From an uncultured Phycisphaerales bacterium (GTDB lineage Bacteria > Planctomycetota > Phycisphaerae > Tepidisphaerales > Tepidisphaeraceae), in assembly GCA_963792535.1 (NCBI GenBank), contig CAWBWQ010000001.1, forward strand, positions 128,001-192,000: DNA of 64,000 nt, written 5' to 3'. A program made the position numbers and the translations under genes. Below, piece by piece: positions 11,320 to 21,844 of the stretch. The notes under the pieces are model-generated. The model saw only the letters and a program-made list of their open reading frames with translations, was not told the origin of the DNA and made no database searches. Each line of letters starts with the position of its first letter. Positions within the stretch are counted from its first letter, which is position 1.

Positions 11320-12189
11320 TCAATCTCGCCGTGCGGTGCGAGCTCCGAATGCCAGTCGCCATAAAGCAACGACGGCGATAACGAGAGTAACAAGCAGCAT
11401 TAACCCCACTGCGCAAGCTGCCCCTATCGCCACACGAACGGCTGTGGTGATGTGGCCATTTTCATTTAGAACGCCCAGTTGAATCAGCGCGTCGCGGGGT
11501 CCGGCCGTTGCACCTTCGGACATGACGCGCGCATTGCTCGATACAGCGGGTTGCACATCGGGGCGCGCACTGAGTTTGATCGCGTCGACGGCGGAATCAC
11601 TCAGCAATTGTCTAACCGGTGGAACAATCTGCTGCATCATGCGGCGGGTCAGATCCTCCAGCTTCGTCTGGTTATTATCATTGAGCGCGGCATCGATTGA
11701 CTGATTTACCTGCCGGTCCAAAGCAAGCGTTACCGGGGTGATAAGCTCGTCTGCGATAAAATGACGGACGACCACAGGGTTTTGATTCACCAGCGAATTC
11801 ATCACGCCTTGCGTCGCGCCCTCCGCGACGCACTGCGAAACCAGGCGAATAGTAGAGCGAGTTCCTTCGGGTAAAGCATCGACGGAGGACTGCTCGATCG
11901 TGCGTTTGACAGCAGGGGAAATTTGAACCAGGTACGCGATTACCTCGTCGAGAAAGCCACGGCCTACACCATGGCCCAGGTCAACACTGAGTTGCTCCAC
12001 AGCAGGTGATTGTGCCAACTCCGTTAATCGTTTTTGATTCTCCGGCTTGGTGAGCTCGTCCAAACTCTGGGCCGCGGCGGGCACTGCCGCACGCGCAGCA
12101 GAATCGCCCGCTGCCCCCGCCATCCGGTCAACTGTCGCGGCACACCCGCACAGGGTAAAAAGGCAGATAACAACAATACTCTTCATCAT
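11320..12189 (-). CDS. Hypothetical lipoprotein with C-terminal TM helix
   Basis: Lipobox LCGC; hydrophobic C-terminus. Confidence 0.65.
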   Translation of the reverse strand: MMKSIVVICLFTLCGCAATVDRMAGAAGDSAARAAVPAAAQSLDELTKPENQKRLTELAQSPAVEQLSVDLGHGVGRGFLDEVIAYLVQISPAVKRTIEQSSVDALPEGTRSTIRLVSQCVAEGATQGVMNSLVNQNPVVVRHFIADELITPVTLALDRQVNQSIDAALNDNNQTKLEDLTRRMMQQIVPPVRQLLSDSAVDAIKLSARPDVQPAVSSNARVMSEGATAGPRDALIQLGVLNENGHITTAVRVAIGAACAVGLMLLVTLVIAVVALWRLAFGARTARRD

Positions 12190-12237
12190 AACGATACCGG
12201 TTCCACCAGAAAGTATGCTCTACTGCAAGACACTCGC

Positions 12238-14190
12238 CTATGACATCATTGCTTTCGCAGTCGGCATTCCTGTGAGAAGGGATTCCGCCTCTTCCAGATG
12301 CATGATGACAGCGGGAATGTAGCCCTCGGTAAAACGTATGACGCCTGCGTTGGTGGTGGTTGCCAGCGTTGCCGCCTGCGCTGCCAGAGCAGAGGCATGG
12401 CTCGTAGCCAGGGCCGTCAGGTATACCGTGCTGAATGACGCCGTTCCGATGGCTGCGTTCACTAAGTTGGCGGTTGCGATGTCCGCAGGCGTCGTCACGC
12501 CGGCGGTCAATGTGACGTGGTTTCTTGCCGCCAGCGACACAAGCTGCTTGTTCACAACGGTGTGCATCCGGATCAGCATTTTAGAAAATGCGACATCGGC
12601 GACGTTGGGATCGTTTGCTTCGTCCGTCCTCGCCAGTTCGATCTCAAGCGTGCTGCCCGAAAGCGTGCTCTGCAGGGCGGCCTGGTCTGAAGCGGTGAGT
12701 GCACCGGTCCCCCGGCCGACTTGTAACCGCCGCGCGAGCTCCAGATGCTTCACGTCATTCGGGAGAGATTGTTCAACCGCTGTGCGTATGTCAGCGTTCG
12801 GTGTTAATGTAATATCGCTTCCCTCGGCGCTGACCAGGGCGGCGTTCAGCGAAACCATCGTAGATTCGTAAGCCTGTCGCGCTGATGCGATATTTAATGT
12901 CGTCAGCAGGCTACCAGCGGCGGCAAGGTCGCCGGCGGAAGTGATGCCGGCCGGGAGCGATATTCCATACCTGTTAGCAATATTCTCGAGCCGATATGTA
13001 GCCGCCGTGTTGTCTTTTGTAGCGCTGGTTGCCAGTGAAGCAGTCGCACCAGGCGCGAGCTGATCTATCTCCGAAAGCGCAAGTTGAAGTGATCGTGAGG
13101 AAATATCGGCGGAGAGGATAGCCGCGTCCGCAGTTGATAGTGTGGCACCCGTGGGCGCGAAAGCAATATTTGTCAGGACCACGGGCGCAAAGCCGAGTAA
13201 CGCTTTTGCTTCCTCTTCATGTTGTATTACCATCGGCATATAGCTCTCGACAAAACCGATGACCGAAGCATTATCGGTGGAGATCAGTTCCCGGGCATTC
13301 TCACCTAAAGCAAGTGCATGCGAGCGCGCCGACGCCATGAGATAGGCAGAATCGAGTTTTGCCGGAAATCGCGATGCAACAGTAACGCCCTTAAGCGTCT
13401 GGAGGTCCGCGCGGGACGACACGCCCGGCGTCAATGTGGTACCTTCGGCGGCGGCAAGGGATCCCACTTGCGAGTCAACCATCGTATGCATGCTGATGAG
13501 CATCGACGCATAGTCACTTACTGCTGTAGAAGCAGTCGCCGGTTGTGCCAACTGAGAGATCTCGATTTCCAGGTTGCTTCCTGAGAAAGTAGTCTGCAAA
13601 TAGGCGGTGTCCGTGTTGGTGAACGCGGTCGTACCGGTGCCGGTCAATAGTGTCTTTGCTCCTTCCAGGTTGGCAAGTTCATCAGAAAGCACCTTCTCCA
13701 CATAACCGAGCACGGCGTTATTTCGGGTGGCATTTATCAACATGCCGTCATTGGCGATCATCGTGGCGCTGATCTTCTCCATTGCCGAGAGATAGGCCGA
13801 GTCAAAAGTAGATGTATTGACCCCGGACACCATATTGCGAGCGGCAGCGATATCGGCCCTGCTTGTGACGCCGGACGGGATTGCCCGTCCGTAGGTGGTA
13901 GCCAGGTTTTCCAGTGCATAATTGTCGGCCTGCTGATTCAGCATGACCGCAGTTGCATAGTTCCGCACGGCCAGGGTAGGGCTATTCAAAACCGCGACTT
14001 GAGAGATAATATGTTCCAGCGTGCCGGCAGAGAAAGCCGTCTGAATTGCCGCTCGGTCTGGGCCGGACAATACATTTGATGCACTGAGAAACAGTCGTGA
14101 TTCGAGTGTTTCACAGTGTTCCCCACGCAGTGGGGAAACAGAAGATCGAAGAGATAACGATAGAGATGCGGTGTTCACTGGCCACTCCAA
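12238..14190 (-). CDS. LEPR-XLL-like motif protein with four tandem DUF4142-like (ferritin-like) domains
   Basis: ETLESRLFLS; repeated units resembling D..L.....G..LEI.L...A / F...Y...M...H / LP.V..HLE.A. Confidence 0.7.
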   Translation of the reverse strand: MEWPVNTASLSLSLRSSVSPLRGEHCETLESRLFLSASNVLSGPDRAAIQTAFSAGTLEHIISQVAVLNSPTLAVRNYATAVMLNQQADNYALENLATTYGRAIPSGVTSRADIAAARNMVSGVNTSTFDSAYLSAMEKISATMIANDGMLINATRNNAVLGYVEKVLSDELANLEGAKTLLTGTGTTAFTNTDTAYLQTTFSGSNLEIEISQLAQPATASTAVSDYASMLISMHTMVDSQVGSLAAAEGTTLTPGVSSRADLQTLKGVTVASRFPAKLDSAYLMASARSHALALGENARELISTDNASVIGFVESYMPMVIQHEEEAKALLGFAPVVLTNIAFAPTGATLSTADAAILSADISSRSLQLALSEIDQLAPGATASLATSATKDNTAATYRLENIANRYGISLPAGITSAGDLAAAGSLLTTLNIASARQAYESTMVSLNAALVSAEGSDITLTPNADIRTAVEQSLPNDVKHLELARRLQVGRGTGALTASDQAALQSTLSGSTLEIELARTDEANDPNVADVAFSKMLIRMHTVVNKQLVSLAARNHVTLTAGVTTPADIATANLVNAAIGTASFSTVYLTALATSHASALAAQAATLATTTNAGVIRFTEGYIPAVIMHLEEAESLLTGMPTAKAMMS

Positions 14191-14469
14191 TAAGACGGGT
14201 TAGTTATTACAGGCACGTGCCGCCTGCCGGCGACAGAGGGGCCTTGCAATAGCGATACCTTTAATACTGCGTGTCGTAAGGAATACCCATGCATGGGTCG
14301 CCGGTTCCCCTTAACAGATGCCTGTTTCTAGCCGCGTCTCCGGTCAGGAATTGTTGAAAGCCTAATCGATGAACCAATGTTGGCCGCTCTTTTGCGAATC
14401 TCTAAGCCAGTTCGTAAGGAGGCTACAATCGGAGGACGGTCAGCCAATTCCAATCGTACGGAGGCAGTT

Positions 14470-14733
14470 ATGTCAGCATCGCGTCAAGGAATGAGTCATG
14501 GCAAAGATCGAAAGCGTCGTGGTCGCACATCCATTACCGGGGTTGGCGGCTCTACTACCCCAAATGTTCCTCAAACGCTATTAACGGAGGTCAACCGTAG
14601 TGTGACTGCCAATGGCAACGGCAACAAACATCGCGGTGACCGGAGGGATATGAGCAAAGCATATACAGGCAACCAACGACACGCGACGCGCGGCAACACC
14701 GCTCGGCCCGATGTCGAAACACGAGCTCGATGA
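14470..14733 (+). CDS. Small basic, probably disordered hypothetical protein
   Basis: GGAGG RBS before ATG 14470; downstream hairpin. Confidence 0.55.
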   Translation: MSASRQGMSHGKDRKRRGRTSITGVGGSTTPNVPQTLLTEVNRSVTANGNGNKHRGDRRDMSKAYTGNQRHATRGNTARPDVETRAR

Positions 14734-14745
14734 GCTACAACACTT

Positions 14746-14794
14746 GGAGGTGTCGCCTCTGCCGAGGCAGGGGTGATGCCTCCTTCAGGTTTTA
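14746..14794 (+). terminator. Hairpin terminator
   Basis: GGAGGTGTCGCCTCTGC-CGAG-GCAGGGGTGATGCCTCC. Confidence 0.55.
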
Positions 14795-14961
14795 AAACTG
14801 TCGATCGAATATCGTCTTCGTAAAGCGCGCTTCTGCGACTGGTGCTTGCGTATGTGAAGCAGGGCCAATCCCCATTAGAGATCCAATTCGGTCCACGTGA
14901 CTAATAGACCGCTACATAACTAAATGTATGGCGGTCGACACAAGGCCATTACCTGCGTTGG

Positions 14962-15999
14962 TTAGAGTAACACCTTCCCGCCGGTGGCGCCATAGATTTG
15001 AGCCGTCGTAAAGCTTGCCGAGTTTTCTGCCAGCGTGACGTAGGCCGACGCCATTTCAGCCGGTTGCCCCGGACGTTTAAGAAGCGATTCCTCGCCGAAC
15101 TTCGGAAGCGAGTCCGGCGAACTACCGCCGCTGACTTGGAGTGGCGTCCAGATTGGGCCCGGGGCGACAGCGTTGACGCGAATCCCTTTGCTTGCCAGTT
15201 GCTTTGCCAGGATCTTCGCCAATTGAGCGTTGCACGCTTTGGTTTGCGCGTAATCTGTCAGATTAGGCGATGGGTCGAATGCCTGTTCGGAAGCTGTGAA
15301 GATGATGGCTGCGCCCGCGGGAAGGTGGGGTATCGCAGCCTTGGTAATCCAGAAGGGGGCGTATACGTTAGTCTTAAACGTTGCGTCGAAGTCTTCGGTA
15401 GTGACGTCCAGGATTGACTCGCGCGATTGTTGTCGACCGGCGTTACTGACCAGGATATCAAGACCGCCGAGTTGCGATATTGCAGTTGCCACTAATTGCT
15501 CACAGAACGCCTCAACGCGAAGATCGCCGGGAATGGGCACGGCCTTTCTACCCTCTGCGCGAATAAGGCCAATTACCTCCCGCGCATCGGGTTCTTCTGC
15601 CGGAAGGTAGTTAATAGCAACGTCTGCTCCTTCGCGGGCAAACGCTATAGCCACAGCTCGACCGATCCCACTATCGCCACCAGTGATTAGTGCTTTACGA
15701 CCTGCAAGCCGGCCTGACCCTTTGTAACTCGTTTCACCGTGATCGGGCTGCGGGTCCATCTTTGATGCCAGGCCCGGCCAGGGCTGCTGCTGTTTGTTGA
15801 ATGGAGGCTTGGGGTACTTTTCGTTTGGATTGCGAAGGCCGGTGTCAGGCGTCGTGCCAGGATTGGTTGTCGGGATTGCATCCCCGCGCTGCGCGGAGGC
15901 GAGGACCGACGCGGACGCTGCCGTCATCAGCGCGGCAGCGCCTGCCCGTATCACATTGCGACGGGACGTATCTGTATGCGTTGGAATTGTCTGGTCCAT
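14962..15999 (-). CDS. YghA-like SDR oxidoreductase with N-terminal Tat-like extension
   Basis: PDHGETSYKGSGRL, TGGDSGIG, YAQTK, PGPIWTPLQ; SRRNVIRAGAAA. Confidence 0.9.
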   Translation of the reverse strand: MDQTIPTHTDTSRRNVIRAGAAALMTAASASVLASAQRGDAIPTTNPGTTPDTGLRNPNEKYPKPPFNKQQQPWPGLASKMDPQPDHGETSYKGSGRLAGRKALITGGDSGIGRAVAIAFAREGADVAINYLPAEEPDAREVIGLIRAEGRKAVPIPGDLRVEAFCEQLVATAISQLGGLDILVSNAGRQQSRESILDVTTEDFDATFKTNVYAPFWITKAAIPHLPAGAAIIFTASEQAFDPSPNLTDYAQTKACNAQLAKILAKQLASKGIRVNAVAPGPIWTPLQVSGGSSPDSLPKFGEESLLKRPGQPAEMASAYVTLAENSASFTTAQIYGATGGKVLL

Positions 16000-16066
16000 G
16001 GGAGAATCCTTTCTGATGTGCAACTCAAATAATGCTCTGATGATGCGATGTGCAGATGATGAAGTT

Positions 16067-17101
16067 TTACAAGTCGTTGCTTTCAGAAACGTCATGCCTG
16101 GACGCGGCCAGCAAACCAAATCCGATAGCCGCAGCGGATGCGACGAGCACCGTGGTGACGGGATGACGTACAGCAGCGCCATAGACGCTATGTTTGAAGA
16201 CATGCCGATCGCGGTCGACATCACCGTCAGTCTGATGAAATCCGCGCGAAGAGTGCAGCCCTTCATTGGAGTGATCCGCCGGGCGATCCGCCAACTGCTG
16301 CGGGCCGCCCAATGTCGCCATCAGATGATCAAAGAGTGTAGGAAAATGCTGGCCCACGAGTACACGCAATCGTCCAGCACCACCGGCGTATAGCTCGCGC
16401 CCGCCGTGAACAGCGGCATGGAGGATCTGGTCGGCCACGATATTGACCGCGTAGACCGGGCTCGGCAGCGTCGCATCTTTATCGATGTTGTTCTTTGCGT
16501 GGCGCGGGAAGGGTGTATTAATCGCTGTAGGTTTGATGAGCGTAACGCTGATGGGCAAACCGTCTTCCATTATTTCTTGACGCAGCGCATCGGTAAATCC
16601 CAGAACGGCATGCTTGCTTGTCGCATACATCCCCTGGATCGGCAGTGAAACATCCGACACTTCGCTGCCTAGGTTGATCAGCGCGCCACCACCAGCTGCT
16701 TTCAAATGCGGCACGGCGATCCGCGATCCGTTTACAATGCCCCAGAAATTAGTCTCGAACAGACGCCGATCGTCGGCAACGTCGGTTGTTAGAATCTTTG
16801 TATACATGCCCACGCCGGCATTGTTCACCCAGGTGTTGATCCGTCCGAATCGGGCGACGCCCTCTTCGGCTGCGGCAGAAAGCTGAGCGGCATCGGCGAC
16901 ATCGGCGACAGCTGCAATCGCATCGCCTCCCAGGGCGGTAATTTCTTCCACGAGTGTCTGCAGCGCTTCAAGATTACGAGAAACGGCGATAATCTTCGCA
17001 CCGGCTTTAGAAAAACGCAGCGCTGTCTGGCGGCCTATGCCACTTGAGGCACCGGTAATCAGCACGACCTGTTTATCGAGAGGTTTTAATTTAACTTTCA
17101 T
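16067..17101 (-). CDS. SDR oxidoreductase
   Basis: TGASSGIG, NNAG, YATSK. Confidence 0.9.
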   Translation of the reverse strand: MKVKLKPLDKQVVLITGASSGIGRQTALRFSKAGAKIIAVSRNLEALQTLVEEITALGGDAIAAVADVADAAQLSAAAEEGVARFGRINTWVNNAGVGMYTKILTTDVADDRRLFETNFWGIVNGSRIAVPHLKAAGGGALINLGSEVSDVSLPIQGMYATSKHAVLGFTDALRQEIMEDGLPISVTLIKPTAINTPFPRHAKNNIDKDATLPSPVYAVNIVADQILHAAVHGGRELYAGGAGRLRVLVGQHFPTLFDHLMATLGGPQQLADRPADHSNEGLHSSRGFHQTDGDVDRDRHVFKHSVYGAAVRHPVTTVLVASAAAIGFGLLAASRHDVSESNDL

Positions 17102-17113
17102 TTGAATCTCTAT

Positions 17114-17572
17114 TTAAATTCCTGAAGCTTGTTCAACCTGCCCCGCGGGAATAGCGGATGACGGTCTGACTCGGTTGCGTGCCGCGGTTGCGACAGTGGT
17201 GGCGTGTTGCAAATCCGCCTGTATGAGGGAGGCAACGAGAATGTCCAGCCCGGTTACCGCCAGCACAATACCGATCACGACAGCAAGCCCCCTGGGACGG
17301 TTCGTGTTTGATGCAGCAACCCCGAGCATCGCCAGGTCGACAGCATCTCCAGCCACGCGGCCCCAGAGGCCGCTAGCCAGTGTCGCATTCAAGCCGGGTT
17401 GCGACAGTATCGTTACACCCGCGGCAATCTCCCGAAGGCCAAACGATCGGATCAGCGTGTGATGATTGCCAACCCCCATCTCATCTTCCAGCCATCGGGT
17501 GGCGGCAAGTTCTATGGCCCCAACCGCAAGGCTGGTCCAACCCAATGATTTAGCTAACTGAATGTTCCGCAT
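17114..17572 (-). CDS. Membrane hypothetical protein often found in general-stress clusters
   Basis: LGWTSLAVGAIEL, FGLREIAAG, WGRVAGDAVDL. Confidence 0.7.
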   Translation of the reverse strand: MRNIQLAKSLGWTSLAVGAIELAATRWLEDEMGVGNHHTLIRSFGLREIAAGVTILSQPGLNATLASGLWGRVAGDAVDLAMLGVAASNTNRPRGLAVVIGIVLAVTGLDILVASLIQADLQHATTVATAARNRVRPSSAIPAGQVEQASGI

Positions 17573-17858
17573 TGCGACTCCTGAATAAATTCGTTTGAGC
17601 ACATAGCTCTGTAACTCTTCCAATCACACCAACGCGCCTCGTGGAAAAACACACGCGCGACGTGCGGCTCGGTAGGGCAATGAGTGTGCCGCCGCGACCT
17701 AATGAATTTGGCTTTGTGTAGTAGAGTATCGCGTTGGCAGGATGAGAGCCTGACGGAATAGAGCCTGGCCATAGCCTGTGGCATCAATAAAAAGTAGAGG
17801 GAAACCTAAGGAAAAGGCGCTGTAGCCGCGGCGCGTGCTCGGGGACTATTGATTGGCC

Positions 17859-18722
17859 ATGAAAAATACAACTCAAACATCACTCCCTCCGAAACAACAT
17901 CAGGACAAAGTTCCTGGAGAGACCAAAGCCATGGATCCGAAGCCGGATCATGGTGAACAAAGTTACAAAGGCAGCGGTCGCCTTGCTGGCAAGTCCGCCG
18001 TCATCACTGGTGGCGACAGTGGGATCGGCCGGGCGGTTGCGATTGCCTACGCCCGGGAAGGCGCTGACGTCCTTATTTCGTATCTGAACGAGGATGAAGA
18101 TGCCGCCGAGACGGCGAAGTGGGTCGAAAAGGCCGGTCGCAAAGCGGTCACTTTTCGCGGCGAACTGGCCGACCCGGCGTATTGCCGAGCGGTAGTCGAA
18201 CGAGCGGTTGAGACCTTTGGCAAGGTGGATATTCTCGTCAACAATGCCGCCTTCCAGATGTCGCATGAATCGATCGATGAAATCAGCGACAAGGAATGGG
18301 ATTACACCTTCGATGTAAACATCGGCGCGATGTTCCGCCTTACCAAAGCCGCCGTGCCGCACATGAAACCGGGCGCGGCGGTCATCAATACCGCCAGCAT
18401 CAACGCCGACACTCCCAAACCCACTCTGCTTGCCTATGCCGCGACGAAAGCCGCCATTCAGGATTTTACCGGCGGGTTGGCGCAGCTGCTGGCTGACAAA
18501 GGCATTCGCGCAAACTGCGTTGCGCCCGGCCCGATCTGGACCCCGTTGATACCCGCCACCATGCCGCCAGAAGAGGTGGAGAATTTTGGTAAGTCTGTCC
18601 CGATGAAACGGCCCGGCCAGCCCGCCGAGTTAGCCGCTGTTTATGTGCTGCTCGCCTCAGATGAGGCTAGTTATGTGAGCGGGGCCACCGTCGCGGTCAC
18701 CGGAGGCAAACCGCTGATTTAG
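17859..18722 (+). CDS. YghA/YhdF-like SDR oxidoreductase
   Basis: PDHGEQSYKGSGRL, TGGDSGIG, YAATK, RPGQPAE. Confidence 0.92.
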   Translation: MKNTTQTSLPPKQHQDKVPGETKAMDPKPDHGEQSYKGSGRLAGKSAVITGGDSGIGRAVAIAYAREGADVLISYLNEDEDAAETAKWVEKAGRKAVTFRGELADPAYCRAVVERAVETFGKVDILVNNAAFQMSHESIDEISDKEWDYTFDVNIGAMFRLTKAAVPHMKPGAAVINTASINADTPKPTLLAYAATKAAIQDFTGGLAQLLADKGIRANCVAPGPIWTPLIPATMPPEEVENFGKSVPMKRPGQPAELAAVYVLLASDEASYVSGATVAVTGGKPLI

Positions 18723-18751
18723 TTTCGGTCGAACTTTTGGGATCCTTCTAC

Positions 18752-18789
18752 GAGGGGCACCACGCTATGGCACGTGGTGCCCCTTCTCT
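18752..18789 (+). terminator. Hairpin between convergent genes
   Basis: AGGGGCACCACG-loop-CGTGGTGCCCCT. Confidence 0.65.
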
Positions 18790-18816
18790 CGTGGCGTGCC
18801 CAATGAGAGTAGAACT

Positions 18817-20018
18817 TTATGGAACAATTGGCCCAGCAAAAGAGATAGGCGTTGGATAACTTGCCATCGTGATTGCCCCGAACGGGTCGGTCACCTGCAC
18901 GAAAATGTAGCGGTCGATCACCGTGCCATCGTCTGGCCCGTTATCGGGCATATTAAAATTGATGTAGAAAGTGCGAATGCCGCCTTTAATTACTGTCAGC
19001 GTCAAAGGCAGCGAGTTTTCTTCTACAGCACTGGAATCAAACGTCGGGTTTGCCGAGGCAAACAGTGTAAATTGATCGGCGCCGGTCGAAGTTGCGCCGG
19101 CATTCTTGATTGACATCGTCAGATCAAGCTGCGTGATATGCTGAGCGAAGCCTGCGAACTGGTCATAGGTGTATTTCTCGGTCGCTGTCACGATCGTATC
19201 GGTAAATCCGGTGGCCACCGTAGGTGTTGCCACGGTAAAGACCGGCGCGATTGCGGGGTCCGTGGTTGTGATCGTGCCGTTGGATTGGGTCACTTCTGAA
19301 ATCAGCTCATAGGTTCCGACCCCAAGCGACGGCGCGGAACGCAGCGTGATCGGCACGCGCACAGTTCGGCCGGCATTGATTCTCAAAGTGCGAGGCAACG
19401 ACGAAATCCCCGTCGCGCTTGCAACGGTTCCATCCGGCGTCGCAGCGAGGCCTATGTTCAAAGGACCCACATAAGGATCCGTTCCGCTGTTAGTGATCGA
19501 CACGGTGTCGACGATGTGGAACCTCGCGCCGGTGCTTCGGAAGCCGGAACTTTTGAGAATTTTTCAGTTTCTGACAGTGAGACATTCGGCGTGTGCACGG
19601 TCAATGTCGGGCCCGGAGGGGATTGCGAATAAACACTGTTGGCATCTGTTACAACACCGAAAAGAGTGTCCGTCCCATCCGCGAGCTTCCCCTTGTGGAT
19701 CGCGATCACAAACGGATAAATATGACTTTTACCGTTGGCCAGTGAAATCACAGCGGGCCCCGAGCGAAGTATCCCCCAGTTATGGCTCGGAATATCAAGA
19801 ACCTGGTACGCGATGAAAATTCCGACCGCGCCGCGAAACTTCTGTGTCACTCCGCTGTTGTTAGTCACCTCCAATTTCACCACGCCGTGCAGGACGGATT
19901 GATCGGAGATCGTTGCCGGCAGCGTGCTGGAGAGTATTGTCTCGGTCAGTTGAGAACCGTCGAACAGCAACCGTTGCTCCATTGCTTCGATCATGGCAGG
20001 ACGTGATTTGCTCAACAT
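18817..20018 (-). CDS. LEPR-XLL-like motif protein with Ig/CARDB-like beta domains, frameshift near 19530
   Basis: IEAMEQRLLF; Thr-rich beta strands across ORFs 19458..20018 and 18817..19503. Confidence 0.6.
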
Positions 20019-20174
20019 GGTTTACCTTTCCCTTTCGAAATGTCTTTTGATTGTCTCTTAACGCTGCGTAGCTCGACAGCAAACTATCGAAATGGGTTGC
20101 GCAGAACCAGTGGCAAAATTACGGTATTGACGCGGAAGCCCATGGGGTACCGCAAAAGACGGCATCCGTCGTCG

Positions 20175-21187
20175 CTATCGCGCCAGCCCTTTTGCCAGCA
20201 CGCCGGCCCCGAGTAGTCCGCTGTCTTTGTAGTCGACCAGCCGCACCGGCACCTCGGCGATTGCCTGGCGATGGGACATCGGCCCACTTTGCAGAAAGGA
20301 ATGCAGGAAGAACGGCGTGGATAATAAATGCCGCAACGCCAGGCAGATGCTGCCGCCCAGATATATCCCTCCTGTGGCATTGAACATCAACGCAAGATTG
20401 CCTGCAGCTGCACCGAGGATGCTGAGATACAACTGCACCGTTTGCAGCCGCAGGTCGTGCGCCGCAAGGGATCCACCTGCAACGTCATTGGTGATTTCCT
20501 CGCTCTTTGGGGCTGCGGCCAGTGTCGTGGCATTTGGGTTATGCAAAAAGGCGTAAATCCTCCGCATCCCCTCGCCGGCAAACACATATTCATTGCTCAC
20601 ATGCCCAAACTGCTGCTGCGCCGCGTGGTGACGAAGGAATTTTAGCAATCGATCCTGCTGCTCATCGCGCGGGGCAAAATCAATATGACCGCCTTCAGAG
20701 GAAAAAGTCTGATGCGGGCACCCCGCGACCGTTACCGCGCCGGCGACACCCACGCCGGTGCCGGGCATCAGCACCGCTCTGCTGCCAACCGCTCCGGGTT
20801 TTCCGGGATACAGTTCGATCAACTCGTGGTTCAGCAGGGCATCAACAGCCGCGAGGTGCGGCGGCATATCGTTGATCAGCAAAACTTTGGATTCGTCCAT
20901 GCCGAGGATGCCCGCAACGTCCTTTCGGAAAACGCGGTCGGGTCGGTTGGTGATCTGCACATGATCGTCTTCAATCTGCCCGGCAAGCCCGAGGCAGGCG
21001 GCGGTAAATGTATGATTTACCCGCTCGGCATATTCCTGCAGCGCCGTGACGATCAAGTAAGGCTGATTTGTTCGCGCATCGAGCCGGAAGGTAGCCTCAT
21101 CCTGGCGCTGCGCGGGTCATCCTCAAACCAGGCAAGACGAATGTTCGTACCACCGATGTCGCTGACAAGAAACCGTTGATGCACCAT
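20175..21187 (-). CDS. glk: Glucokinase, frameshifted near N-terminus
   Basis: SDIGGTNIRL read from raw sequence; LIND, PGTGVG, SEGGHIDF, GGIYLGGSI. Confidence 0.85.
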
Positions 21188-21379
21188 AGTGATTGATCGC
21201 CGGGGAACGAAACCGAAACAGTGATGCGCAACAATACGCTGCGATGCGTCGAAACCCGCTGCGACGTCCTGAGACTATCAACATTTTAGCAAATCGGCGA
21301 GCAGGGCGAGCGCCAGGGAGCTGCCTATGTGGACCTGCCTGGTCGGAGCTGCCTTGTTGTAGCTCGATATGCCTGCCGC

Positions 21380-21766
21380 TTATGCCGGTGGCGGTGGGGC
21401 AAGAAGATGCCGCTTGACGCGTGTCAGCAGATCGTCGAAACCGAAGGATGCCTTGGGGATCAGATCCTGAATTTTTAATTCCTGGGCACGCTGGATCAGC
21501 TTCAGATCGTCGCTAGCGCCGGTGAGCACCACAACCGGGAGATGTTCCCAGCGATCACTTCTTCGAATCATTCGCAGCAGGGTGACACCGTCCATCTCCG
21601 GCATCATCAGATCGAGCAGAACCAGATCCGGCGTGTGATCGTACATCATTGCCCAGGCGTCGCGGCCATGCTCGGTGCGCAGCACTTTGAAACCTTCATA
21701 CTCGAGCAGTTTTGCGACCGCTTCCCGCGCAAGAGCCGTGTCATCTACGACAAGAATTGTGGACAT
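21380..21766 (-). CDS. Single-domain response regulator
   Basis: ILVVDD, LLDLMMPEMDG, LT, K. Confidence 0.92.
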   Translation of the reverse strand: MSTILVVDDTALAREAVAKLLEYEGFKVLRTEHGRDAWAMMYDHTPDLVLLDLMMPEMDGVTLLRMIRRSDRWEHLPVVVLTGASDDLKLIQRAQELKIQDLIPKASFGFDDLLTRVKRHLLAPPPPA

Positions 21767-21844
21767 GCACTACGCTCCGTTTGAAAGGTAATGTGCATGA
21801 ATGCACCTGCCTGGTCAACGGTAAAGTTACCAGAATAGACGGAT

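Noticed and set aside
8500..21500. attR copy of the tRNA-Leu 3' end
   Set aside because: Only short chance matches such as CCTGGGCA at 21481; no integrase
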